Virus record (IMG/VR): IMGVR_UViG_3300043395_001986
Location: 45,308-109,307 of that record
DNA from: a virus
Lineage: Duplodnaviria; Heunggongvirae; Uroviricota; Caudoviricetes
Length of the DNA stretch: 64,000 nucleotides
Direction: 5' to 3' (one strand)
In this document: in pieces, positions 9,732 through 19,947 of the stretch
Numbering within the stretch: position 1 is the stretch's first letter
How the letters are laid out: each line of letters starts with the position of its first letter
The notes under the pieces: model-generated
What the model was told of the DNA's origin: nothing
The model's database searches: none
What the model saw: the letters and a program-made list of their open reading frames with translations, nothing else
Made by a program: the position numbers and the translations under genes

Positions 9732-12700
9732 ATGGCAGTAGAGAAAAAACAGGTTTTTAAACAGAATTTAAAAAGCTATAGCACATTCATCCAAGATACG
9801 GCTGCAAATTCTACCTATTTTAAAGTAACAGAATTACCAGATACATTAACAGGTGGTAAAAATGCATTCTTAATAGAAGGTTCTGATTTACTACAATTGG
9901 GTAGTGAAATTAAAATTGAAATTTTAGATTCAACGGGTGTACCTGTTTATATAGAAGCAGCAGACGGTTATGCTACATCATCATTTGATTCAAATGGTAA
10001 TCCAATAATTACCGAATATTACGAAGGTACTTCTAAAATAGTATCAATGTATGTTTATACCGATACATCATACGGTCCTGCTCAAATTACAATATTAGGT
10101 GAAGCAAAATATTATTTAGACCAAAATAATATTAAACAAGAAATACCTGCAGATTGGAAAGGTGTTTATAATGTTAAATGGCAACGAAATTTAACAATAA
10201 ATCCGTCATTAGCTAATACAACAAAGGTAAGATTTTATAAAAGGCCAACTGCTAATATTACTGAAATACTTTCACCAATTTATAGAATTGAAAGTGGTTC
10301 AAAAGTAGCATCAAACGTTACGGCTTCTTTTGCAAATATTATTTTATCTCAATTAGATACCTTTGCAGGAGATGTAAAAAGAGTAAAAGTATTTAGAACA
10401 TCAGCGGGCGATATATCCGATTACGATTTGATACAAGATATATATGTCGAATCAAAGGAATTATTAACTACACTTAATATAAGTGGAAGTGTTAAAGGAG
10501 AAGCGGGTTTATTGACGGCCGATACATTAAAAAATACATGGAATACTGGCTCATTAAACACATATTTAACGAGTAGTAGAATTGATAATGGATGTAGACT
10601 TACAGGTAGTGGATATTTTACATTTACAGGTTCATTGAACATCAGTTCTACAAATGTTTATGAATTAACATTAGATGCATTTTATTCATCATCAACCGCT
10701 AGTAATTTGGGAATTTATATTAGTGGTTCTAATAATGGTGAAATTTTATTAGCATCACTAAATGGAATAACTCCTGTTAAGAATTTAGAAAATCAATTGA
10801 TATCATTTACACTATCAAATGATGAACCAAGTGCTAGTCTATATTTATCTCAATCACAAGGTGAATGGCATATAGGTAATTTAAGTTTAAAACTAACAGA
10901 AGATACTGCATTTTCTCCAACTGAAATAAGTTTTGTTACATCAATGCCAACTGTCATTGGTAATGAGACGTATAATTTCAAATTTGAGTTTTATGATGTA
11001 AATAATAACTATGTTCCAATATCAGTTACACAATCGGCAACATTTACTGGTGGTAATAATAATATTGGTGGCACAATTACATTAATTAGTGGTTCAACGA
11101 GTGCATTATCACAATCAGTATCTTATGATTTATGGTTCAATCCAACTGGTAGTTTAACAGCATCGGTTTCACATTCATATTCATCATCATTAGGATATAC
11201 CGCAGCAGCCAGTGCGTCATTACAAAGTTCATCTTTATATATAAGTTCATCTGTTAGTGGGACAATTTCAAATGTAAGTTCATCATTAAGTAGTAGTATA
11301 TCAACATCACTTTCACAATCATACGCATACACGGACGAAATTTCAGCATCTAATTTTTTAGAATTTACAGATGTTAATAGTAGAATATTCACCGATTCAA
11401 CTGGATTGGTAAGTAGAACACCTTCAACCGGTGTTTCTGGTTTATATTTAGGTCAGAGTTATTTAGGTTATCACAACGGAAATGGGCTAGTTACCGGTTG
11501 GAAAACATATATGTCTAATACTGGTAATTTCTTTTTAACATCATCACAAACAAATGGAGGATATTTAGTTTGGGATAGTGCAGCAGCAACCTTACAAATA
11601 AAAGGTGCAATTGATATAACAGGTGGTTCAGCAAGAACTGATATAGATAACGCAGCCCTATCTGCTTCAAATGCATTTGATTCTGCAAGTTCGTATAGTG
11701 CATCAATATCCGCATCAACATTCTTTACAACAAATTTATTAGATGGTAGAATATTCACAGATTCAACGGGTAAAATAGTAAAACCACCAGTAAATACTGC
11801 ATCTAATTATGGATTATATTTAGGTTCTTCATATATGGGGTTTTATAGTGGAAGTGGTTGGAGAACCTATATGGATAATTTAGGAAAATTCTATTTAACA
11901 GGCTCTCTAACAGATGGATATTCAAATTATTTAACGTGGGATGGTGCAGGAACATTGACTGTAGCGGGTGCAATTAATATAACAGGTGGAACGGCAAATG
12001 ATAGAATTAATGGAGTAGCAGATTCCGCATCAGCAGCAAGTGCAAGTGCTTTTAATGCAAGTGGAAGTGCATTTGCAGCAGATTCAAAAATATTCACAGA
12101 TGCAAATGGTAGAATAGTAAAAGCACCTTCAACTGGTGTAGCCGGCTTATTTTTAGGAAGTTCTTATTTAGGTTATCACAACGGAGATGGTACAGCATTA
12201 GGTTGGAAAACCTATATGGCTAATAATGGTAATTTCTTTTTAACAGGTTCAACGGGTGGTTGGTTAAAATGGGATTCAAGCGCAGGAACATTGGATATAA
12301 AAGGTTCTATTAATATCACAGGTGGAAACGCAGCAACTCAAGATTATGTAAATACTGCAACATCTTCATTATCGGGTTCAGTAGCAACATCTGTAAACGC
12401 TGCACAAACAACTGCAAATTCAGCAAATTCAGCAGCAGCTTATGCATTACAGAATGCAAACACATCTTCAATTAATTCATTAGATGATAGAATTTTTAAT
12501 GATGCTGTTGGTAAAATAAATAAAACGGCAACTCCTGGAACCGGTACTGGATTATTTTTAGACCAAAAAAAGTTAGGGTTTTATGATGGTGCAGATTGGA
12601 AAACATTTATGAGTTCTTCTGGTTTGTTTTATTTAACAGGAAGTGCAGGTGGAAACGCTTTACTATGGGATGGTGCAAACTTAATAATAAGAGGACAAAT

Positions 12701-14048
12701 CAAAGTATCAGATGGAAGTGAAGTTACATCAACAACTATATCAAACGCAGCAAGTGCATTACAAAATGGTCAAACAAATAAATCTTTAGGATTAAGTGGT
12801 GGTAGTATAGGTGGGGTAACAATCGCACCATCTAGTATATATATTGGAAACGGAAATTGGGCGAATTCTGATACTGGTTTTTTCGTTAATAGTGGTGGAT
12901 ATTTTTCTTTAAAAGATAAACTAACATGGGATACAAATAACCTTAAAGTACAAGGTGAAATAACCGCAGATAGTGGTATAATTGGGGGATGGACAATTGG
13001 TGGAAATAAATTATATAGAACAAATAAATTAGAATTAGATGCAGGTGCAACATACCCAGCAATTAATGTATATGGTTCAGATAACATACCAAGAGTAATT
13101 ATAAATAACAGCCCAACTCTTTCATCATTAACTGGTGGTGGAGCTGGAAGTGCAAACGTAGCTCAATATTCAATTGGAAATAGTACATCTGGAGTACAAA
13201 GATATGCTCCACCAATAAGTATACCGACAGTAGCAGGAGCAGTATATAATCTTACAATTACATTTATAGAACCAGATGGTAATGAGATTTGTAATTTTAG
13301 TCTTGATACTTCAACCGGTAATATTATTACACGAATGGATATATGGGATACTGCATTATCTACTCAATTGCAAAATATTTGGTACGATACATCAGATACC
13401 ATATATAACGATTCGTCCTGGACATGGACAGATGCGGGTGGAATTTATAATAGGACAATAACAACATCTGTGGTAGGAGATGGTACTATCTTAAAATTAA
13501 GACCAGGAATAATGTATAATGGTAGTAGACAGACAGCAAGAAGCCTTGTATTCCCTGCATATTCATATAGTTACCAACAGACGGTTTCTAAAACGGAAAT
13601 TATTCCAGGCGGGATGCAAATTGTAAATAGTACAGCAGCATATTTAAAAGCAGATAGAACTGTCACCGATAGTGCAGCAACACCTTGGATGACATCAGCG
13701 GGAAACTGGTCACATAATGGAACATTAATAACAACATCTGATAGAAATATTAAAAATAATATAATACCAATTGATTTTGATTTGACAAAATTAAATGAAA
13801 TAGATGGATATTCATATAATAAGGCAATTGATTATGATGAAGATGGTAATCCTGATACAATTATTTCTACATATGGTGTGATAGCACAAGAAATAGAAAC
13901 TATATTACCAAATGCAGTATCAACAAATACTAATACTGGAATTAAAGGAGTTGATTACAACGCGGTAACCGGTATGTTAGTATCCGCAATAAAAAAGCTA
14001 TACTTAAAAGTAAATCAATTAGAAGCACAAATTAGTGGCTCAAAATAA
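9732..14048 (+). CDS. Large tail fibre/spike with internal repeats and C-terminal S74-type intramolecular chaperone
   Basis: TSDRNIKNNI...YGVIAQEIETILP..V...VDY followed by a coiled coil; G/S/T-rich beta repeats. Confidence 0.8.
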   Translation: MAVEKKQVFKQNLKSYSTFIQDTAANSTYFKVTELPDTLTGGKNAFLIEGSDLLQLGSEIKIEILDSTGVPVYIEAADGYATSSFDSNGNPIITEYYEGTSKIVSMYVYTDTSYGPAQITILGEAKYYLDQNNIKQEIPADWKGVYNVKWQRNLTINPSLANTTKVRFYKRPTANITEILSPIYRIESGSKVASNVTASFANIILSQLDTFAGDVKRVKVFRTSAGDISDYDLIQDIYVESKELLTTLNISGSVKGEAGLLTADTLKNTWNTGSLNTYLTSSRIDNGCRLTGSGYFTFTGSLNISSTNVYELTLDAFYSSSTASNLGIYISGSNNGEILLASLNGITPVKNLENQLISFTLSNDEPSASLYLSQSQGEWHIGNLSLKLTEDTAFSPTEISFVTSMPTVIGNETYNFKFEFYDVNNNYVPISVTQSATFTGGNNNIGGTITLISGSTSALSQSVSYDLWFNPTGSLTASVSHSYSSSLGYTAAASASLQSSSLYISSSVSGTISNVSSSLSSSISTSLSQSYAYTDEISASNFLEFTDVNSRIFTDSTGLVSRTPSTGVSGLYLGQSYLGYHNGNGLVTGWKTYMSNTGNFFLTSSQTNGGYLVWDSAAATLQIKGAIDITGGSARTDIDNAALSASNAFDSASSYSASISASTFFTTNLLDGRIFTDSTGKIVKPPVNTASNYGLYLGSSYMGFYSGSGWRTYMDNLGKFYLTGSLTDGYSNYLTWDGAGTLTVAGAINITGGTANDRINGVADSASAASASAFNASGSAFAADSKIFTDANGRIVKAPSTGVAGLFLGSSYLGYHNGDGTALGWKTYMANNGNFFLTGSTGGWLKWDSSAGTLDIKGSINITGGNAATQDYVNTATSSLSGSVATSVNAAQTTANSANSAAAYALQNANTSSINSLDDRIFNDAVGKINKTATPGTGTGLFLDQKKLGFYDGADWKTFMSSSGLFYLTGSAGGNALLWDGANLIIRGQIKVSDGSEVTSTTISNAASALQNGQTNKSLGLSGGSIGGVTIAPSSIYIGNGNWANSDTGFFVNSGGYFSLKDKLTWDTNNLKVQGEITADSGIIGGWTIGGNKLYRTNKLELDAGATYPAINVYGSDNIPRVIINNSPTLSSLTGGGAGSANVAQYSIGNSTSGVQRYAPPISIPTVAGAVYNLTITFIEPDGNEICNFSLDTSTGNIITRMDIWDTALSTQLQNIWYDTSDTIYNDSSWTWTDAGGIYNRTITTSVVGDGTILKLRPGIMYNGSRQTARSLVFPAYSYSYQQTVSKTEIIPGGMQIVNSTAAYLKADRTVTDSAATPWMTSAGNWSHNGTLITTSDRNIKNNIIPIDFDLTKLNEIDGYSYNKAIDYDEDGNPDTIISTYGVIAQEIETILPNAVSTNTNTGIKGVDYNAVTGMLVSAIKKLYLKVNQLEAQISGSK
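11380..12700 (+). repeat. Four imperfect ~115-135-aa repeats in the tail fibre
   Basis: RIFTDSTG..GLYLG.SYLGY..GWKTYM...G.F.LT..L.WD units starting near 11381, 11747, 12087 and 12488. Confidence 0.85.
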
Positions 14049-14054
14049 TCAGTT

Positions 14055-15068
14055 ATGCTAGATGTTTTAGTTACAACAGGTGCCGGAAATGTACCAATCG
14101 GTGGAAGTGATATATGGGTTAATATGTTCTTAAACGAAGTGTTACCATATTTACAAAGTAATGTTGTATTGTATATAGATAACAAACTACCAGTAGGATT
14201 TGATATTAAAAGTTTACCTGTACGCTATGTTGTAACAAATGAAGATGAAAGAATAGTTGATTTAGTTTTAAACAAAGCAGATAGAATACATTTTCTTCAT
14301 AACAATTATTTTGAAAGACCTAAATTGTGGAAATATAAACAAAAATTTCACACATATTTTTGTCACGCATATATTCAAGAAATTATAAACACAAATATAG
14401 AATTAGGGCTTGATAAAATTTATTTACCAACAAAAATGGATTTAAATTGGGAACAAAATGTAATTAAAGAATGTAAGAAAGTTGTATGGATTGGGTGTAA
14501 TGATGGATTGGTTGAAAAACAACACAAAGATAAATGTATTAGAATACCAAACTACTACCAATTCACAGAAAATAAACCATTTGAATATAAGAACGATAAA
14601 ATAGGATATGCAGCAAGAATTGAAACAAGAAAAGCACCACATTATTTAAGTGGCAAACAGGCTTTAATTTGTTCAAATGCAATGGATTGGGAAAATTACA
14701 AAGAGTATTTTAAAATAAATGATAGGAAAATAAAATTTTACCATTATAATTTGGAAAATCACAAAAATTTCTTTAATTTAGACTTCTCTGTATTCCACGC
14801 TTGCTACTTAAATGAGCCGTTTGGATATTCTATATTTAACGCAGTAGATTATGGAAAATTACCAATATTACATTCCGATTGGTGTCCAGAATTAGAGTAC
14901 AAATATAGAGCAAGTACGAAAGAAGAATTTGATAATGTTTATGAAATTATTAAATTAGATTCGTTTGAAGAAAAAGAAAAAGAGTTTTATAATTTAAAAT
15001 TCTTTTTACAAAGATTCACCAGCAGAGAAAAATGGATTGGAAAAATAGTAAGTGTTTTAAATAAATGA
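14055..15068 (+). CDS. Glycosyltransferase, GT-B (GT4-like)
   Basis: IGGSDIW N-terminal motif, ARIETRKAP, EPFGYSIFNAVDYGKLPI. Confidence 0.75.
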   Translation: MLDVLVTTGAGNVPIGGSDIWVNMFLNEVLPYLQSNVVLYIDNKLPVGFDIKSLPVRYVVTNEDERIVDLVLNKADRIHFLHNNYFERPKLWKYKQKFHTYFCHAYIQEIINTNIELGLDKIYLPTKMDLNWEQNVIKECKKVVWIGCNDGLVEKQHKDKCIRIPNYYQFTENKPFEYKNDKIGYAARIETRKAPHYLSGKQALICSNAMDWENYKEYFKINDRKIKFYHYNLENHKNFFNLDFSVFHACYLNEPFGYSIFNAVDYGKLPILHSDWCPELEYKYRASTKEEFDNVYEIIKLDSFEEKEKEFYNLKFFLQRFTSREKWIGKIVSVLNK

Positions 15069-15820
15069 TAACAAATAAAGATTACATTAAAAATTATATC
15101 ACCAATAATTTAGAATTTAATGAGGTTGGTGAAGAAGTGTTAAAAGATGTCCCATATCGTTGGTCACATGGTGCAACAGATGAACATTTAGGCGATGGAC
15201 TAATTATATACTCTATTATTCAGTATATGAGAGCAAAAGTATGTGTATGTTTAGGCAGTGGTGGCGGATTTATACCTAGAATTATGACACAGGCTAGAAT
15301 TGATTTACATTCTCAAAATATATTAGAAGGTAATAGAGATTATAATTGGGGTGATATTGGAACAACATATGTAGTAGATGCAATGAATGGAATTGGTGGT
15401 AATGTAAATTGGTTTAAAGAAGAATCTTTCTTTAGAAGAACATTTTATCCAAGAATTATTAATGATACAACTGCAAATGCATTTCATAATTTTTTTGTAT
15501 TAAATGATATTAAGATTGATTATTTGCATATTGATGCAGGTCATTCATACGAAAACGTAAAAGAAGATTTTGAATTATATTCTCAATTAATGAGTGAGAA
15601 TGGTATTATATCAATTCACGATACAGACCCGAATTACGCGGATAAATACATAGTTACAAATGAAGTAAAAGATAGAGGAGACCACGATGATTGGAGTGGA
15701 CCAATTAAATTAGCAAAAGAAATAGATACTGAAAAATGGCAAGTTTTTGACCTATTTAATTTTGGCATTATAAAAAACAAACCAGCTTCAACCGGATTAA
15801 CTTTAGTAAGAAAAAAATAA
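15065..15820 (+). CDS. Class I SAM-dependent methyltransferase (Methyltransf_24-like)
   Basis: VCLGSGGG, IDYLHIDAGHSYENVKEDF, GIISIHD. Confidence 0.8.
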   Translation: MITNKDYIKNYITNNLEFNEVGEEVLKDVPYRWSHGATDEHLGDGLIIYSIIQYMRAKVCVCLGSGGGFIPRIMTQARIDLHSQNILEGNRDYNWGDIGTTYVVDAMNGIGGNVNWFKEESFFRRTFYPRIINDTTANAFHNFFVLNDIKIDYLHIDAGHSYENVKEDFELYSQLMSENGIISIHDTDPNYADKYIVTNEVKDRGDHDDWSGPIKLAKEIDTEKWQVFDLFNFGIIKNKPASTGLTLVRKK

Positions 15821-16674
15821 TGAAACCAAAATTAGTTACTGTCACAGGGCATAGAACAAATACATTATGGCATCAACTAAACCATTATAAAGATATGGTT
15901 AGTGATATTTTTGTTATTACATATGAAAACGAAGATTCTCCAAAAAATATAAAAGGAGAAGTTGAATATATTTGCAAACAATTTGGAATTACACCACATA
16001 CTGTCAGAACACATAGACCTTTTGATTGGGAATATGTAACACAATTATATAATGAAACAAAAATGTTACACCCAAATGATTGGTGGATTGTATCAGATGA
16101 TGACGAGTTTCAAATATATAATGATTTAGTTGAAAACATAATTGATGAGTGTGAAGAATTTGGATATAAATTTGTAACGGGTGGATTTATAGATAGAATT
16201 GGGTTTAATGGTGATTTTCCAAAAATAAAAGAGAAAGAAGACATTTGGAAGCAATTTCCAATGGCTGGATTTTTTCGATATCCAATGAGTGGAGCGTGTC
16301 CAAATAAAGTTACCTTAATGAAAGGATGGATAGAACTTACACCTGGACAGCATTATGCAAAAATAGATGGTCAAACAACTTGGAGATGGCAAGGTTGGAA
16401 CCACCCACTTCGATATCCAGTAGATAGAAACTTTACGCAAGTGCATCATTTTAAATGGGATTCAACCGTCGTAGATAGATTGCAAGATGTTGCAAATATT
16501 GGTAAAGTTTATGCATTTTCAAAAGAATATAAAGAAATGTATGAAGCATTAAAAGAAAATAATTTTATGCTTGATATTTATGATAAGAAATATATGTTTG
16601 AAGAAGTAAATAAAATTGGATATCACTACTATAAAAGTTGGGGTAAACTTTCTAAAATAATTCAATCAATATAA
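15820..16674 (+). CDS. GT-A (GT2-like) glycosyltransferase
   Basis: WWIVSDDDEF DxD motif, GQH and VHHFKW. Confidence 0.7.
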   Translation: MKPKLVTVTGHRTNTLWHQLNHYKDMVSDIFVITYENEDSPKNIKGEVEYICKQFGITPHTVRTHRPFDWEYVTQLYNETKMLHPNDWWIVSDDDEFQIYNDLVENIIDECEEFGYKFVTGGFIDRIGFNGDFPKIKEKEDIWKQFPMAGFFRYPMSGACPNKVTLMKGWIELTPGQHYAKIDGQTTWRWQGWNHPLRYPVDRNFTQVHHFKWDSTVVDRLQDVANIGKVYAFSKEYKEMYEALKENNFMLDIYDKKYMFEEVNKIGYHYYKSWGKLSKIIQSI

Positions 16675-16706
16675 TTTGTTTATTTGAAATAAATTCGTTA
16701 CATTTG
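16675..16706 (+). promoter_or_regulatory. Bacteroidota sigma70-type promoter
   Basis: TTTG 16675-16678, 20-nt spacer, TACATTTG 16699-16706; ATG at 16711. Confidence 0.75.
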
Positions 16707-16710
16707 TAAA

Positions 16711-18201
16711 ATGGAAAATAAAAGATTAGGTCTAATAGTTCCGTGGAGAGGAGATTACCAAGACCTTCATAAGTTTTTAGGTCATATAGAATATTTCTTA
16801 AATAATAAAGAGATAAATTATAAATTCTATATAATTGAACAGGTTGATAAAAAACCTTTCAATTATGGTGCGTTGTGCAATACTGGCTATGAATTGGCAA
16901 AAGATGAATGTGATTATTTTATTTTCCACAGCCCTTATTTTATTCCAGTTGATGATACATGTGATTATTCTTATTCCACAAAAGTTCAACATCTATCATC
17001 GGTAGTAGATGCATTTGGATATAAAAAACCATATGCAGAATGGATAGGTGGTGCAATAAAATTTACACACGAAACATTTGAAGAAGTAAACGGATATTCT
17101 GATGAATATTGGGGAATAGGTATGGAAGATGTTGATATGTTGTATAGATTAAATCGTAAAAAATTAGTAAGAAATAAAAAATATTTTAATATTGATATGC
17201 TTAAAGAGCATGATTTATTTGATATAAATGAAATTTCAAATCTAAAAAAAGTAAGTTTAACATATTTTGATTTTGATAAAAAATATAAATCATGTATGAT
17301 TAAATCAACAAAAAATACAAAATATGTTTTTCAAGATAGTTTTACTATTGATATGTTTTTGTATGTAGATAGAAATAAAAACTACGATAGTTTTATTTTT
17401 GGAAAACAAGGTTATAACGCCGGCATCTTTTTTAAAGATAACAAAGCATTGAATTTACAATTATGGAATAGTGATGGTAAGGTATGTGAAGTTTGGTATG
17501 AGAATTTTAATTTATTAGAAAGGTGGATGAAAATAACTATGAAATTTGATTTTGATGCACAACATCTTTGGTTATATGTCGATGGTCTACCAGTAGCAAG
17601 TAATTCATTTAATGGTGAAGTATTTGATTATACAGATAAAGATATTTGGATTGGTAGTTTAGCATTCAATCATCAATTTTCTGGTAAAGTTTCAAACATA
17701 TTGGTATTTGACTACGCATTATCGGATTCGGAAATATTAAACTTATATAAACAAAATTATATAAACGAAACCGGTAATATTGTAACGAGAGAAAAGGCAA
17801 TTATTGATATTCCATTTTCTAAAAAATATAAAGATTTTTATATTGATATGGGATTATATGAATCGCATGTAAGAGATTTATCCGCAACAAAAGAAGATAA
17901 TACAAAAACAGAATTAATATCATTAAATTATGATTATAATTTTCCAGAAGAAACACCTGGAAAATACAAATGTTTAGATGTAGATAGAATGAATGACTTC
18001 AAAAATATTTGGAGATGGTCTGGTAATGTGGATTTAGAAGAAAACAAACATATATTTTTTAATGATGTACTACCATCAAAAACTTATTTTAAAAAAGTTG
18101 GATTATCATCATTGGAATTTAAAAAAGAAAACGAATTTTATCCAAAAGGAGAAGATGGGATGGATAGAAAAAATGTAGAAATATATCAAATTAAACTATA
18201 A
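16711..18201 (+). CDS. GT7 (beta-1,4-galactosyltransferase-like) protein with inserted LamG domain; degenerate active site
   Basis: IVPWR, EQVDKKPFNYGAL, NGYSDEYWGIGMEDVD; DxD replaced by FHSPYF; LamG motifs (LYVDG, IWIG, FSGKVSN..VFDYALS). Confidence 0.75.
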   Translation: MENKRLGLIVPWRGDYQDLHKFLGHIEYFLNNKEINYKFYIIEQVDKKPFNYGALCNTGYELAKDECDYFIFHSPYFIPVDDTCDYSYSTKVQHLSSVVDAFGYKKPYAEWIGGAIKFTHETFEEVNGYSDEYWGIGMEDVDMLYRLNRKKLVRNKKYFNIDMLKEHDLFDINEISNLKKVSLTYFDFDKKYKSCMIKSTKNTKYVFQDSFTIDMFLYVDRNKNYDSFIFGKQGYNAGIFFKDNKALNLQLWNSDGKVCEVWYENFNLLERWMKITMKFDFDAQHLWLYVDGLPVASNSFNGEVFDYTDKDIWIGSLAFNHQFSGKVSNILVFDYALSDSEILNLYKQNYINETGNIVTREKAIIDIPFSKKYKDFYIDMGLYESHVRDLSATKEDNTKTELISLNYDYNFPEETPGKYKCLDVDRMNDFKNIWRWSGNVDLEENKHIFFNDVLPSKTYFKKVGLSSLEFKKENEFYPKGEDGMDRKNVEIYQIKL

Positions 18202-18205
18202 AATT

Positions 18206-18499
18206 ATGGCAACATCAAAAAAAGAAACTGAAAAAAATGTAGAATCTACATCAGTAGCATTATTAGAAGAAAGAAAAGTTAAAGCATTGGAAAAAATAGC
18301 CAAATCACTGGATGCATTAACATCTTGGGTTGAAGATATAGATAAGGCAGAATGGAGCGAAAGAATCCAGTATTATTTATATGAGTTCTTAAATAAAGAC
18401 CAATCCAAATCGTATAGACAAGATAAGAATACTAAAACACAAGAAGAAGATACAGAAGAAGCAGAATTTGTAAGACCAACTCGTAGAATAGTTGAATAA
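18206..18499 (+). CDS. Hypothetical small helical protein
   Basis: 97-aa ORF packed tightly between GT7 genes. Confidence 0.65.
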   Translation: MATSKKETEKNVESTSVALLEERKVKALEKIAKSLDALTSWVEDIDKAEWSERIQYYLYEFLNKDQSKSYRQDKNTKTQEEDTEEAEFVRPTRRIVE

Positions 18500-19947
18500 T
18501 GAAATTAGGAGTAATCGTACCATATAGAGATAGAGAAGAACATCTTAATATTTTTAAGAAAGAGTTTTGTGCTTTTTTAGAGCAAAAATCTATTCCGTTT
18601 GAACTTATCATTGTAGAACAATATGATGATAAACCATTTAATAGAGGAAAGCTTTTAAATATAGGTGCTATGAAGGCATCTGAAATCGGATGTACTTATT
18701 TAGCATTTCATGATGTTGATATGATACCATTGGAGGCAGATTATTCATTTGAGTTTAAACCAATACATTTGGCAACATCATTTGTTAAAGATGAAACAAA
18801 TGAGATAGAAACATTGCATTTTGATGAATATTTTGGAGGAGTAACATTATTTCCAGTAGACCAATTTGAACAAATCAATGGGTATTCAAATGAATATTGG
18901 GGATGGGGATTTGAAGATGATGATTTACTTTTTAGATGTAAAAAATTTAATTTACCATTAGATAAAAAAACATATGGTAAATCTACATTAAAAGTAATGA
19001 ATAGTTTTTCATTTACAGGAGATGCATACATATCAATACCAATTCAACCATTAGCAAATGATACTTTATTTGATTGGAGAAAATCACAGACAGTTTTAAT
19101 AACATTCCAGCCAAGTAACATATATTGTGATACATCAAAGAAAAAAGATGATTTTACAGTCTTTTCTATACCAGGATATGATACCTGTATTTCGTATACT
19201 TCCGATAGAAGATACAAAGTAGAAACATGGACAGATAGTAATGAGTGTGTATCTATAAATTCTGAACAAATGGATGAACAATGGGTACAGATTGCATTTG
19301 TTATGGATGTAAAAAGAAAAGAAATTAAATTTTACTTAAATAGTAAATTAATTGGAATTGAAAAAATGCCATCATTCTTTAAAGAGTATGTAACAGAAGA
19401 ACCACATTTTTATTTAGGAGTGGGAGACCCATATAGAGAGAAAGACAAAAACTTTTTTACAGGATTAGTATCAGGATTTTCTGTATTTGATACTATTTTA
19501 GATGATAAAGAAATTGAGTTTTTATATGAAAACATAAATTCTTTTTCTTTATTAAGTAATTTTAAAAAATATAAAAGTTCTGAACATCTTGCTGTATATT
19601 ATGATTTTCAACATTATAAAAATGGAAAAATATTAGATATAAGTGGTAAGGGAAGACATGGTGAAATTACAAATGCTTATTTTAAGCAAACAAAAGAAGT
19701 ATTTGGTAAAACAATACCTCTTCCATATAGAAGGATATCTAAATTTAAAAAATTAAATCATTATAATAATGGATGGGAAAGAGGAGGATGGATACAAGAA
19801 GAAACCCGTTTAAATCAAATTCGTTTTATGAATGATGTTTCAAACAATATGATAGATATAAGAAAGGATGGATTAAATAGTTGCTTATATAACATAGTAA
19901 AACAAGAATCAGTAAATAATATTCATCACATATATACAAGAATATGA
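18499..19947 (+). CDS. GT7 glycosyltransferase with inserted LamG domain
   Basis: IVPYRDREEHL, FNRGKLLNIG, FHDVDM, YFGGV, NGYSNEYWGWGFEDDDL; LamG; C-terminal H...DGLN. Confidence 0.85.
   Translation: MKLGVIVPYRDREEHLNIFKKEFCAFLEQKSIPFELIIVEQYDDKPFNRGKLLNIGAMKASEIGCTYLAFHDVDMIPLEADYSFEFKPIHLATSFVKDETNEIETLHFDEYFGGVTLFPVDQFEQINGYSNEYWGWGFEDDDLLFRCKKFNLPLDKKTYGKSTLKVMNSFSFTGDAYISIPIQPLANDTLFDWRKSQTVLITFQPSNIYCDTSKKKDDFTVFSIPGYDTCISYTSDRRYKVETWTDSNECVSINSEQMDEQWVQIAFVMDVKRKEIKFYLNSKLIGIEKMPSFFKEYVTEEPHFYLGVGDPYREKDKNFFTGLVSGFSVFDTILDDKEIEFLYENINSFSLLSNFKKYKSSEHLAVYYDFQHYKNGKILDISGKGRHGEITNAYFKQTKEVFGKTIPLPYRRISKFKKLNHYNNGWERGGWIQEETRLNQIRFMNDVSNNMIDIRKDGLNSCLYNIVKQESVNNIHHIYTRI

Noticed and set aside
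9732-14048. Diversity-generating retroelement target
   Set aside because: No reverse transcriptase and no template/variable repeat pair with adenine-specific mismatches seen in this window
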